A stretch of 43,681 nucleotides of DNA, from NCBI GenBank assembly GCA_030149025.1, contig JASBSH010000089.1, forward strand, positions 1 through 43,681, read 5' to 3'. Both the position numbers and the translations under genes were made by a program. Position 1 is the first letter of the stretch. Each line of letters begins with the position of its first letter. Under the pieces are notes generated by a model. That model had not been told where the DNA came from. It saw only the letters and a list, made by a program, of their open reading frames with translations, and did no database searches. Shown in pieces: positions 37,080 to 43,681 of the stretch. The DNA is from Actinomycetales bacterium. Its GTDB lineage: Bacteria; Actinomycetota; Actinomycetes; Actinomycetales; BWSM-131.

Positions 37080-37172
37080 TCTTGCACTTCTGCAGACACC
37101 CCTCTTCCTCGTGATCTTGCACTTCTGCAGCCCCACTGTTCCCCACTCCTCCGTGATCTTGCACTTCTGCAG
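37074..37172 (-). repeat. array of three 22-bp repeats (A 37074-37095, B 37109-37130, C 37151-37172), motif on the minus strand
   Basis: The plus strand reads CCGTGATCTTGCACTTCTGCAG at A and C, and TCGTGATCTTGCACTTCTGCAG at B. Each core is followed, in motif orientation, by a G-rich tract. Start-to-start spacings are 35 and 42 bp. Confidence 0.9.
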
Positions 37173-37227
37173 GAGCGGCTGTGGATGAGCACCGCGGGGG
37201 ACCCCACTCCTCCTGGATGCTTGCCGG

Positions 37228-38136
37228 ATGGCGATTCCCCCCTTCACGAGCCGCGAACTGGAGGATGTCGGTCTCACGCGTCACCATCTCGCCAGCGCGG
37301 TGGACGCCGGGGAGATCGAGCGGCCGTTCAGGGGCGTCTACATTCCCAGCGGCGAAAGCGGCGACGTACGTGCCAGGGCCGCAGCGCTTGCCCGGGTCCT
37401 GCCTCCGGGCGCGGCCATCGCTCGCACGGCGGCGGCATGGCTTCACGGTTTTGATGTCCGCACACCCGGCGCTCATGACAAGCCACCGCCGTTGGAGGTC
37501 GTGGTCCCGGCTGGGACGACGCCACCACGGCGGCCCGGTGTCGTCGCCTATGCCGCCCGCCTCCCGCCGGAGGATGTCGCGAACATCGGCGGCGTCCCAG
37601 TCACCACCATCGAGCGAACCGCGTTGGACGTCTCCCGCTACTGCCCACCGTTCATGGCTCTGGCGGGACTGGACGCGATGGCAAGAGCGGGCGTCGTCCA
37701 GCCTGACATCCTCTTGAAACGAATCGAGGAGTGGCGCGGTGAGCGCAATGTCGCGAGCGCCCGTCGCCTGATCCTTCTGTGCGATCCGCGAAGTGAGTCG
37801 GCTGGAGAGTCCTGGACCCGTCTACGGGTGGCCGATGCGGGGTTCCCGACTCCCGACCTGCAGATCTGGGTCCCCAGCGACACGGAACGGGTCTACCGCC
37901 TGGACATGGGTTGGCGCAAGCGCCGGATCGGTATCGAGTACGACGGTCTCGAGTTCCACGGCAGCTCTGAGCAGTTCCTCCACGACGTGCGCCGCCGGGA
38001 ACGGCTGGCGCGAGAGTTCGGCTGGCAGGTCATCGGAGTGCACCGCGGGCACGTGCTCGGCCGTTCGCTCGATTTCGAGCGAGGCGTCGGTGAACTGCTG
38101 GGGATGACGCCTTCGATCACGCGCAGGCGCTGGTGA
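37228..38136 (+). CDS. AbiEi_4-like wHTH N-domain fused to a DUF559 / Vsr-like endonuclease-fold C-domain
   Basis: 302 aa. The N-terminus PFTSRELEDVGLTRHHLASAVDAGEIERPFRGVYIP is AbiEi-antitoxin-like. The C-terminus IGIEYDGLEFHGSSEQFLHDVRRRERLAREFGWQVIGV is DUF559-like. No AbiEii-type partner is adjacent. Confidence 0.8.
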   Translation: MAIPPFTSRELEDVGLTRHHLASAVDAGEIERPFRGVYIPSGESGDVRARAAALARVLPPGAAIARTAAAWLHGFDVRTPGAHDKPPPLEVVVPAGTTPPRRPGVVAYAARLPPEDVANIGGVPVTTIERTALDVSRYCPPFMALAGLDAMARAGVVQPDILLKRIEEWRGERNVASARRLILLCDPRSESAGESWTRLRVADAGFPTPDLQIWVPSDTERVYRLDMGWRKRRIGIEYDGLEFHGSSEQFLHDVRRRERLAREFGWQVIGVHRGHVLGRSLDFERGVGELLGMTPSITRRRW

Positions 38137-38143
38137 CCGACGT

Positions 38144-38205
38144 CTGCAGAAGTGCAAGATCACGGCGGTTAAGGGTGCGCCCCCTGCGCAAGTGCAAGAT
38201 CACGA
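38144..38205 (+). repeat. dimer of the 22-bp repeat (D 38144-38165, E 38184-38205), inverted relative to copies A-C
   Basis: D reads CTGCAGAAGTGCAAGATCACGG, the exact reverse complement of A and C. E reads CTGCGCAAGTGCAAGATCACGA (19/22). Spacing is 40 bp. The dimer fills the convergent spacer between 38136 and 38216. Confidence 0.9.
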
Positions 38206-38215
38206 CATGAGGGGC

Positions 38216-39238
38216 TCACAGGTCGTAGCGGTCGACGATGAACCCGTCGGAGTCGAGCAGAATCCCGTCCGTCGCCTCAACCACGGCCGAGGCGACGAGA
38301 CCGATGGCGGTGGACGCGACGCTCCGTGCGGCCAGGTGCTCGCTGTTCGGGTGCTCCATCCAGAGCTGGTCCTCCTCCGGCGGGTTCCAGTGAACCTCGT
38401 AGGTAACGACCTGCTCGGCCCACTCCAACCCCGCCAGCGCCGGCACCTTCTCCTCCTGGCCGTAGACCACCACGTCGAGGGTGCCGTACCGCGCGTTGGG
38501 GCCGAGGTCGGCGACGATGCCGTAGCCGTCGACCGCGTCGCCCTCCGCCAGCGCCTCGGCGTCGAACTGGTCGGCCCGTGCGTGCAGGACCGCCCGCTCC
38601 TCGACGGTCAGCTCCAGACTCACCTCGTCCGGTGGCTGGTCGATGATGCCGACCGGCGGCCCGGCCCACTCGGCGGCGTCCAGCGCCAACCGTGCCTGCG
38701 GCTCGTGCTGCTGCACCACGCCCAGGAGGGTCTGCGGGTCCAGCCAGTACGGCGAGTGCACCACCAGGTCGACGCGGGCGGACGGGTCCGGCCGCAGGAC
38801 CACACCCGACCCGGCGATCCGGACGGCGCCACCCAGGCGACGGGCCACGGCCAGCAGGAGGTTCACGGACCGGGCCTCCGCGCGGGTGGGCATCCCGTCC
38901 CGGAAGGCGCGGAACAGTCCGTCCGGGTCGGACGTGCCGGGCATCGGCGGGTCCTCCCGCTCCACCGGAGCACGCAGCGTGTAGGCGAGCGGCCACCCGG
39001 CCGGCGCGTCCACGCGGGCGGCTGTGCCGTCGTCCATGACGATCGGCCCCACCAGGGTGGTGTGCCGCCCGAACCGGATGGCGCCGTCCGGGTCCCACGT
39101 GGACTCCGGGTGCCTCGTGACGACGAGTGCCTCGACGTCCTGCGCCTCGGTCCCCTCAGGCAGCAGGAGCATGTGCTGCGCACGCAGCTCGTTCGGGTCG
39201 AACGACGAGGCGTCGAAGGATCGTGCCGGGTCAACCAT
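38216..39238 (-). CDS. hypothetical acidic protein (340 aa)
   Basis: Long ORF with coding-like codon bias, 16 nt downstream of dcd on the same strand. No signal peptide, TM segment or recognisable motif. Confidence 0.7.
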   Translation of the reverse strand: MVDPARSFDASSFDPNELRAQHMLLLPEGTEAQDVEALVVTRHPESTWDPDGAIRFGRHTTLVGPIVMDDGTAARVDAPAGWPLAYTLRAPVEREDPPMPGTSDPDGLFRAFRDGMPTRAEARSVNLLLAVARRLGGAVRIAGSGVVLRPDPSARVDLVVHSPYWLDPQTLLGVVQQHEPQARLALDAAEWAGPPVGIIDQPPDEVSLELTVEERAVLHARADQFDAEALAEGDAVDGYGIVADLGPNARYGTLDVVVYGQEEKVPALAGLEWAEQVVTYEVHWNPPEEDQLWMEHPNSEHLAARSVASTAIGLVASAVVEATDGILLDSDGFIVDRYDL

Positions 39239-39254
39239 GTCGCAGGATCGCGTC

Positions 39255-39830
39255 TCAGAGGGTGGTGCGGTGGAAGTTCAGGTAGGACCGACTGGGCGTG
39301 GGACCGCGCTGACCCTGATAGCGCGAGCCCGCGGCCTTGCTGCCGTAGGGCTGTTGCGCAGCGCTGCTCAGCCGGAAGAAGCAGAGCTGGCCGATCTTCA
39401 TACCGGGCCACAGCAGGATCGGCAGAGTCGCGACGTTGGACAGCTCGAGGGTCACGTGGCCCGAGAAGCCGGGGTCGATGAACCCGGCGGTGGAGTGGGT
39501 GAGCAACCCGAGCCGGCCGAGGCTGGACTTGCCTTCGAGCCGTGCCGCGATGTCGTCGGGCAATGTCACGACCTCGAGCGTGGAGGCGAGCACGAACTCA
39601 CCGGGGTGCAGGACAAACGGCTCACCGGGATGGGCCTCGACGAGCCGTGTCAGCTCGGGCTGGTCCTGCGACGGGTCGATGACCGGGTACTTGTGGTTGT
39701 CGAAGAGCCGGAAGAACTTGTCCAGCCGCACGTCGACACTGGACGGCTGCACCATCGCGGGGTCGGCCGGGTCGAGGACGACGCGGCCGGTGTCGAGCTC
39801 GGCCGTGATGTCGCGGTCGGAGAGCAGCAT
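39255..39830 (-). CDS. dcd: dCTP deaminase
   Basis: 191 aa. [23 protein letters not shown] and the GFIDPGF.G..TLELSN segments are diagnostic. Confidence 0.92.
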   Translation of the reverse strand: MLLSDRDITAELDTGRVVLDPADPAMVQPSSVDVRLDKFFRLFDNHKYPVIDPSQDQPELTRLVEAHPGEPFVLHPGEFVLASTLEVVTLPDDIAARLEGKSSLGRLGLLTHSTAGFIDPGFSGHVTLELSNVATLPILLWPGMKIGQLCFFRLSSAAQQPYGSKAAGSRYQGQRGPTPSRSYLNFHRTTL

Positions 39831-39836
39831 GCGCCG

Positions 39837-39842
39837 AACCTA
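39837..39842 (-). promoter_or_regulatory. TANNNT -10 box placed for a leaderless dcd transcript
   Basis: Minus-strand TAGGTT is followed by 6 nt (CGGCGC) and then the dcd ATG at 39830. There is no SD and only 36 nt between the upstream terminator hairpin and the ATG. Confidence 0.35.
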
Positions 39843-39866
39843 CAGCGAGAGCGCCGCCGACCGAGC

Positions 39867-39899
39867 GGCCCCCGGGGAGTATCGGACTCACCGGGGGCC
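39867..39899 (-). terminator. stem-loop downstream of proX (candidate intrinsic terminator of proVWX)
   Basis: GGCCCCCGG - 15 nt - CCGGGGGCC forms a perfect 9-bp GC stem, 28 nt after the proX stop. There is no clear U-tract, as is common in actinobacteria. Confidence 0.45.
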
Positions 39900-39926
39900 G
39901 CCTCCTGAGTCGGCTTCCGACGTGGG

Positions 39927-40964
39927 TCAGGCGCCCAGCTCGCCGGCCTTCAGCTTGTCGACGAAGTCGGGGTTCGCCTTCAGCCACTCGGCGACAGCCG
40001 CCTCGTGGTCCTTGCCGGCGTAGTTCTCCTCACTGAACATGAGGTTCTCGAGCTCGGCGAGCTGCTCGTCGGTGAACACGAAGTTCTTCACGAGCTGGCT
40101 GAAGTTCGGCTTCTCCTCAGAGATGCCCTTTGTGCCGAAGCTGTAGATGAACTCTGCGTCACCCATGGCACCCTCCGGGTCCTCCAGATCCCGGATCGGG
40201 AACGCGTCGTACGCCCAGTGCGGCCGCCACAGCGTCACGGCGATGTTGTCGCCGTTGCTGGTGGCCCTCTTCAGCTCCGACAGCATGGCCGGGGTCGAGG
40301 ACACGCGGAACTCCAGGTCGTCCAGCCCGTAGGTCGGGATGGCCTCGTCCTTGGTGACGCGGGTCAGGCCGGCGCCCGGTTCGATGCCGTACAGCACACC
40401 GCCGAAGTCGGATGCCGCGTCGTTCAGCTCGGCCAGCGACTTCACCGGCGCGTCCTCGTTCACGGCGATGGTGAGCTTGGCGTTGTCGTACCAGCAGCCG
40501 AGGCTCTCCAGGTCGCCGCCGTAGGTCGCGAGGTAGTCCTGATGGGTGATCGGCAGCCAGGTGTCGAAGCTGACATCGATGTCACCGTCCGCCAGCCCGG
40601 TATACATCGGCGCCGCGTCGTACTCCTTCATCGTCACGTCGTAGCCCATCGGCTCGAGGATCGCCTTGAACAGGTAGGAGGCTGCGTAGGACTCATCCCA
40701 GCCGTTGAAGACGCCGACGTTGACGGTCTTGACGTCCTCGCCGGTGCCCTCGGGGTCCGGGATCGCCTTGACGCCTTCGGTCATGTCGCAGTTGGCCCAG
40801 TCGGAGGGGGCGGCCTGGTTCGACGTGCCTCCCCCGTCCTCCTTCGACCCGGAGCCGGTGTTGGAGGCGCCGCACGCACTGAGTACGAGGCCTCCTGCCA
40901 GCAGTCCGGCGGTCAGGGCGACCAGCTTGGTTCGGCGCAATGGATTTCCTTTCCTAGACAACAC
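39927..40964 (-). CDS. proX: glycine betaine / compatible-solute ABC transporter substrate-binding lipoprotein
   Basis: 345 aa. Lipobox LVLSAC. OpuAC-type SBP features (FNGWDES, WLPITH, LYGIEPGAG). Confidence 0.85.
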   Translation of the reverse strand: MLSRKGNPLRRTKLVALTAGLLAGGLVLSACGASNTGSGSKEDGGGTSNQAAPSDWANCDMTEGVKAIPDPEGTGEDVKTVNVGVFNGWDESYAASYLFKAILEPMGYDVTMKEYDAAPMYTGLADGDIDVSFDTWLPITHQDYLATYGGDLESLGCWYDNAKLTIAVNEDAPVKSLAELNDAASDFGGVLYGIEPGAGLTRVTKDEAIPTYGLDDLEFRVSSTPAMLSELKRATSNGDNIAVTLWRPHWAYDAFPIRDLEDPEGAMGDAEFIYSFGTKGISEEKPNFSQLVKNFVFTDEQLAELENLMFSEENYAGKDHEAAVAEWLKANPDFVDKLKAGELGA

Positions 40965-41031
40965 TTCTCCGCCCGCGTTGGCGCTGCGAACCGCAGTCCC
41001 ATTCGACCCAAGGACGAGACCGGGGACGACG

Positions 41032-41913
41032 TCACGCCGCCTTCACGCGCTCAGCGCGCGCGACGGGCGCCCGGTCACCCAGCGCGGCCACCAGGCGGTC
41101 GAGGTAGATGGCGAGGATGACGACGGCCAGCCCGGCCTCGACGCCCTGCGCGACGTTGATGCGGTTGAGGGCGCTGAGCACCTCACCGCCCAGGCCGCTC
41201 GCCCCGACCATCGCCGCGAGGACGACCATCGACAACGCGAGCATGATCACCTGGTTGATGCCGGCCATGATCGTGGGAAGGGCCAGCGGCAGTTGGATCT
41301 GGCGCAGGATGCGCGAAGGTGCGGCACCGAACGCGTAGCCGGCCTCCACGACCTCCGCGTCGACACGGCGGATGGCCAGCTCCGTGAGACGTACACCCGG
41401 CGGCATGGCGAACACGACAGTGGCGACCATGCCGGGCACCGCGCCGATACCGAATGCCGCCAGGGTGGGGATGAGGTAGACCAGCGCGGGCATCGTCTGC
41501 ATGAGGTCCAGCACCGGACGCAGCACCCGGCTGACGGCTTCCGACCGTGCGGCCCAGATGCCCAGTGGCACAGCGATAAGCACCGACAGCCCGGCGGCCA
41601 ACAGCACGAGGGCGAGCGTGTCCATGGCTGTCACCCACTGGTCGAGCGCGCGGATCACGTAGAAGCCGATGACGGTGAACAACGCGAACTTCCAGGACCG
41701 CAGCCACCAGCCGATCGCCCCGAAGACCACGATCATGATCAGGAATGACGGTGTGGCCAGCACGTAGGCAAGCCCCTCGTAGGTAGCCGACAGGCCGGCG
41801 TCGATCCCGCCGAGCAGGGCGGAGAAGGCGTCGGTGAACCAGTCGGTGAAGTCGGAGACCCAGTCGCCCAGCGGCAACCGCGGGTTCACCGGATCGAACG
41901 TGGACCCGTTCAT
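41032..41913 (-). CDS. proW: glycine betaine/proline ABC transporter permease
   Basis: 293 aa polytopic protein with an OpuAB/ProW-like N-terminus (LPLGDWVSDFTDWF). The start overlaps the proV stop. Confidence 0.85.
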   Translation of the reverse strand: MNGSTFDPVNPRLPLGDWVSDFTDWFTDAFSALLGGIDAGLSATYEGLAYVLATPSFLIMIVVFGAIGWWLRSWKFALFTVIGFYVIRALDQWVTAMDTLALVLLAAGLSVLIAVPLGIWAARSEAVSRVLRPVLDLMQTMPALVYLIPTLAAFGIGAVPGMVATVVFAMPPGVRLTELAIRRVDAEVVEAGYAFGAAPSRILRQIQLPLALPTIMAGINQVIMLALSMVVLAAMVGASGLGGEVLSALNRINVAQGVEAGLAVVILAIYLDRLVAALGDRAPVARAERVKAA

Positions 41914-43238
41914 CGCCGCGTCTCCTCTCCTGCGGCGATCAGGTCGTCGTCGTGACCGTGCGCGACCACTGCGGGTGCGCCGTCCCGGTCCTCGTTGGCA
42001 GGCGCCTCCTCGCCGGCGCCCGGCTGCTCGGAACCGTTCGCGGTCCCGTTGCCGGCACTGAGGCTGGCCATGGCGGCCAGCAGGGTCACCCGCGGTATGA
42101 CGCCCCGCAGCCGGCCCGCGTCGTCCAGCACGGCCAGTGGCAGCGGGGACTCCAGGGCGGGAGCGAACAGCTCGGCGAGAGTTGTTGTCTGGGAGACCGA
42201 CTCGAAATCCGCGCTGATGATGGACTCCAGGTTCCGCTCCCCCCGCTTGAGCGCGGCGAGCGCGTCGGAGTCCTCGACGATGCCGCGCATGTGGCGGTCA
42301 CGTCCGACGACGAACGTTGCGCTGACCTGCCGTTCACGCATGGTGTGCAGCGCGGCTCGCGGCCCGGCGTTGAAGCCGACGACGGCCTGTGGGGGCTCCA
42401 TGACGCTCGCAGCGGTGAGCACTCGGGTGCGGTCGACGTCGGCGACGAACTGCGCGACGTAGTCGTTCGCCGGGTCGTTGAGGATCTCCTCGCCGGTGCC
42501 GATCTGCACGATGCGGCCGTCGCGCATCACGGCGATGCGGTCGCCGAGGTGCATGGCCTCGTTCAGGTCATGGGTGATGAAGACGATCGTCTTGCCGAGC
42601 TGCTGCTGCAGCTCGATCAGCTGCTCCTGCATCTCACGCCGGATCAGCGGGTCGAGGGCGCTGAACGCCTCGTCCATGAGCAGGATGTCCGTCTCGGCAG
42701 CGAGCGCGCGGGCGAGACCGACCCGTTGCTTCATGCCGCCGGACAGCTGGGAGGGAAACCTGTCGCCCCATCCACCAAGGCCCACGAGTTCGAGCGCCTC
42801 GGCGGCCCGCCGGTCCCGCTCCTCCTTCTCGACACCCTGGATGTCAAGGGCATAGGCGGCGTTCTGCCGCACCGTTCGGTGCGGCAGCAGGGCGAAGTGC
42901 TGGAAGACCATGCTGATCTTCTGCCGGCGTACCGCCCGCAGCTGTTTCGCCGGGATCCCCGAGATGTCGGTGCCGTCCACGCAGACATGACCCGCCGTCG
43001 GCTCCAGGAGCCCGTTGAGCATCCGGATCAGGGTCGACTTGCCGGAGCCGGACAGGCCCATGACGACGAAGATCTCGCCCGGCTCGACCTCGAAGGACGC
43101 GTCGATGACCGCAGCCGTAGCGCCCATCTTCGTGACTTCATCCCGGCTGGCTCCTGCTTCGAGCCGGCGGACCGCGTCGTCCGCGCGACGACCGAACACC
43201 TTGTACAAACCCTGTGCGCTGACGGCAGCCACAGGCAC
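41910..43238 (-). CDS. proV: glycine betaine/L-proline ABC transporter ATPase with tandem CBS domains
   Basis: 442 aa with Walker A GLSGSGKST, signature LSGGMKQRVGLARA, and a C-terminal CBS pair. GTG start at 43238. Confidence 0.9.
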   Translation of the reverse strand: MPVAAVSAQGLYKVFGRRADDAVRRLEAGASRDEVTKMGATAAVIDASFEVEPGEIFVVMGLSGSGKSTLIRMLNGLLEPTAGHVCVDGTDISGIPAKQLRAVRRQKISMVFQHFALLPHRTVRQNAAYALDIQGVEKEERDRRAAEALELVGLGGWGDRFPSQLSGGMKQRVGLARALAAETDILLMDEAFSALDPLIRREMQEQLIELQQQLGKTIVFITHDLNEAMHLGDRIAVMRDGRIVQIGTGEEILNDPANDYVAQFVADVDRTRVLTAASVMEPPQAVVGFNAGPRAALHTMRERQVSATFVVGRDRHMRGIVEDSDALAALKRGERNLESIISADFESVSQTTTLAELFAPALESPLPLAVLDDAGRLRGVIPRVTLLAAMASLSAGNGTANGSEQPGAGEEAPANEDRDGAPAVVAHGHDDDLIAAGEETRR

Positions 43239-43631
43239 GCTCCCATCCGTCGTTCTGCCAGCTCATCGAGCAACGCACCGGAGATCCGGGCAAGGACCGG
43301 TGTCCGTGCCTGAAGAAGGCAGGCGGACAGGCCGGTAGGCCACACGACGAGCCGAAGCAGAGGCGGGGCATGCGCACGCTCGCTCACGAGCGGACTCCGA
43401 TCGGCGAAGTCGCCGCACTACAAACTTCAAGGAACCAGCGACCGGGCAGCCCCGCCCACGTCGTAGTTCCGTACGACCGTAACGAATGTGGTGTCGGATT
43501 CAAACCTGAAGGCGGCTTTGCGACCTTTTTGTGACCTGGCCCACGAGGACCGGGCGGGCCGGCGGCGGTGCGTCGGCTATCCTTTCCGTTGCGTTCGTCG
43601 GGCGACTCGTTCGTGGTCGTCTGCGCGTCGT

Positions 43632-43681
43632 GCGGGTGTAGTTCAATGGCAGAACATCAGCTTCCCAAGCTGATAGTGCGG
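43632..43681 (+). tRNA. tRNA-Gly (anticodon CCC), 5' part only (runs off the window)
   Basis: GCGGGTGTAGTTCAATGGCAGAAC (acceptor plus D arm) is followed by ATCAGC-TTCCCAA-GCTGAT (anticodon stem-loop, CCC at positions 34-36). Confidence 0.8.

Overview
High-GC actinobacterial chromosomal window, densely coded, with many 4-nt start/stop overlaps. All calls rest on reading the ORF translations and DNA by eye and on recalled family motifs. No database search was run.

Content, left to right:
1. Edge-truncated LldD-like ORF, then a complete minus-strand histidine-utilisation operon: hutH, hutU, M20 amidohydrolase, hutF, hutI.
2. Opp/Dpp-type ABC importer (lipoprotein SBP, two permeases, fused double ATPase), followed by a FhuF-type 2Fe-2S protein.
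3. Small orphan ORF, GlcD-like FAD oxidase, a Dabb remnant, and a divergent SAM-methyltransferase / IclR pair.
4. Selenocysteine machinery (selD, tRNA-Sec, selA, selB), interrupted by a GAF-PP2C phosphatase.
5. A DUF222/HNH (REP13E12-like) gene and a LigD protein with phosphoesterase and polymerase domains only.
6. mrpA(B)CDEFG cation/proton antiporter operon.
7. A roughly 1.2 kb gene-decay zone: an orphan excisionase-type HTH gene plus fragments of two unrelated oxidoreductase genes.
8. Rv0338c-like Fe-S oxidoreductase and gpgS.
9. An AbiEi-wHTH/DUF559 nuclease-fold gene.
10. A hypothetical gene, dcd, proVWX, and the 5' part of tRNA-Gly(CCC).

Most notable observation: a 22-bp repeat family (consensus CTGCAGAAGTGCAAGATCACGG) has 7 copies in the window.
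- Three copies lie upstream and two inverted copies lie downstream of the AbiEi/DUF559 gene.
- A related orphan dimer lies between IclR and selD.
- The two dimers each fill a whole convergent intergenic spacer with identical 40-bp phasing and are bounded by stop codons on both sides.

Second theme: several deletion or fusion scars.
- A collapsed copy of the methyltransferase-IclR module at 13.5 kb.
- The chimeric fragments at 33 kb.
- The Dabb remnant at 15.5 kb.
- Possibly the LldD-like ORF at the left edge.

No CRISPR array, rRNA, integrase or transposase gene was seen.
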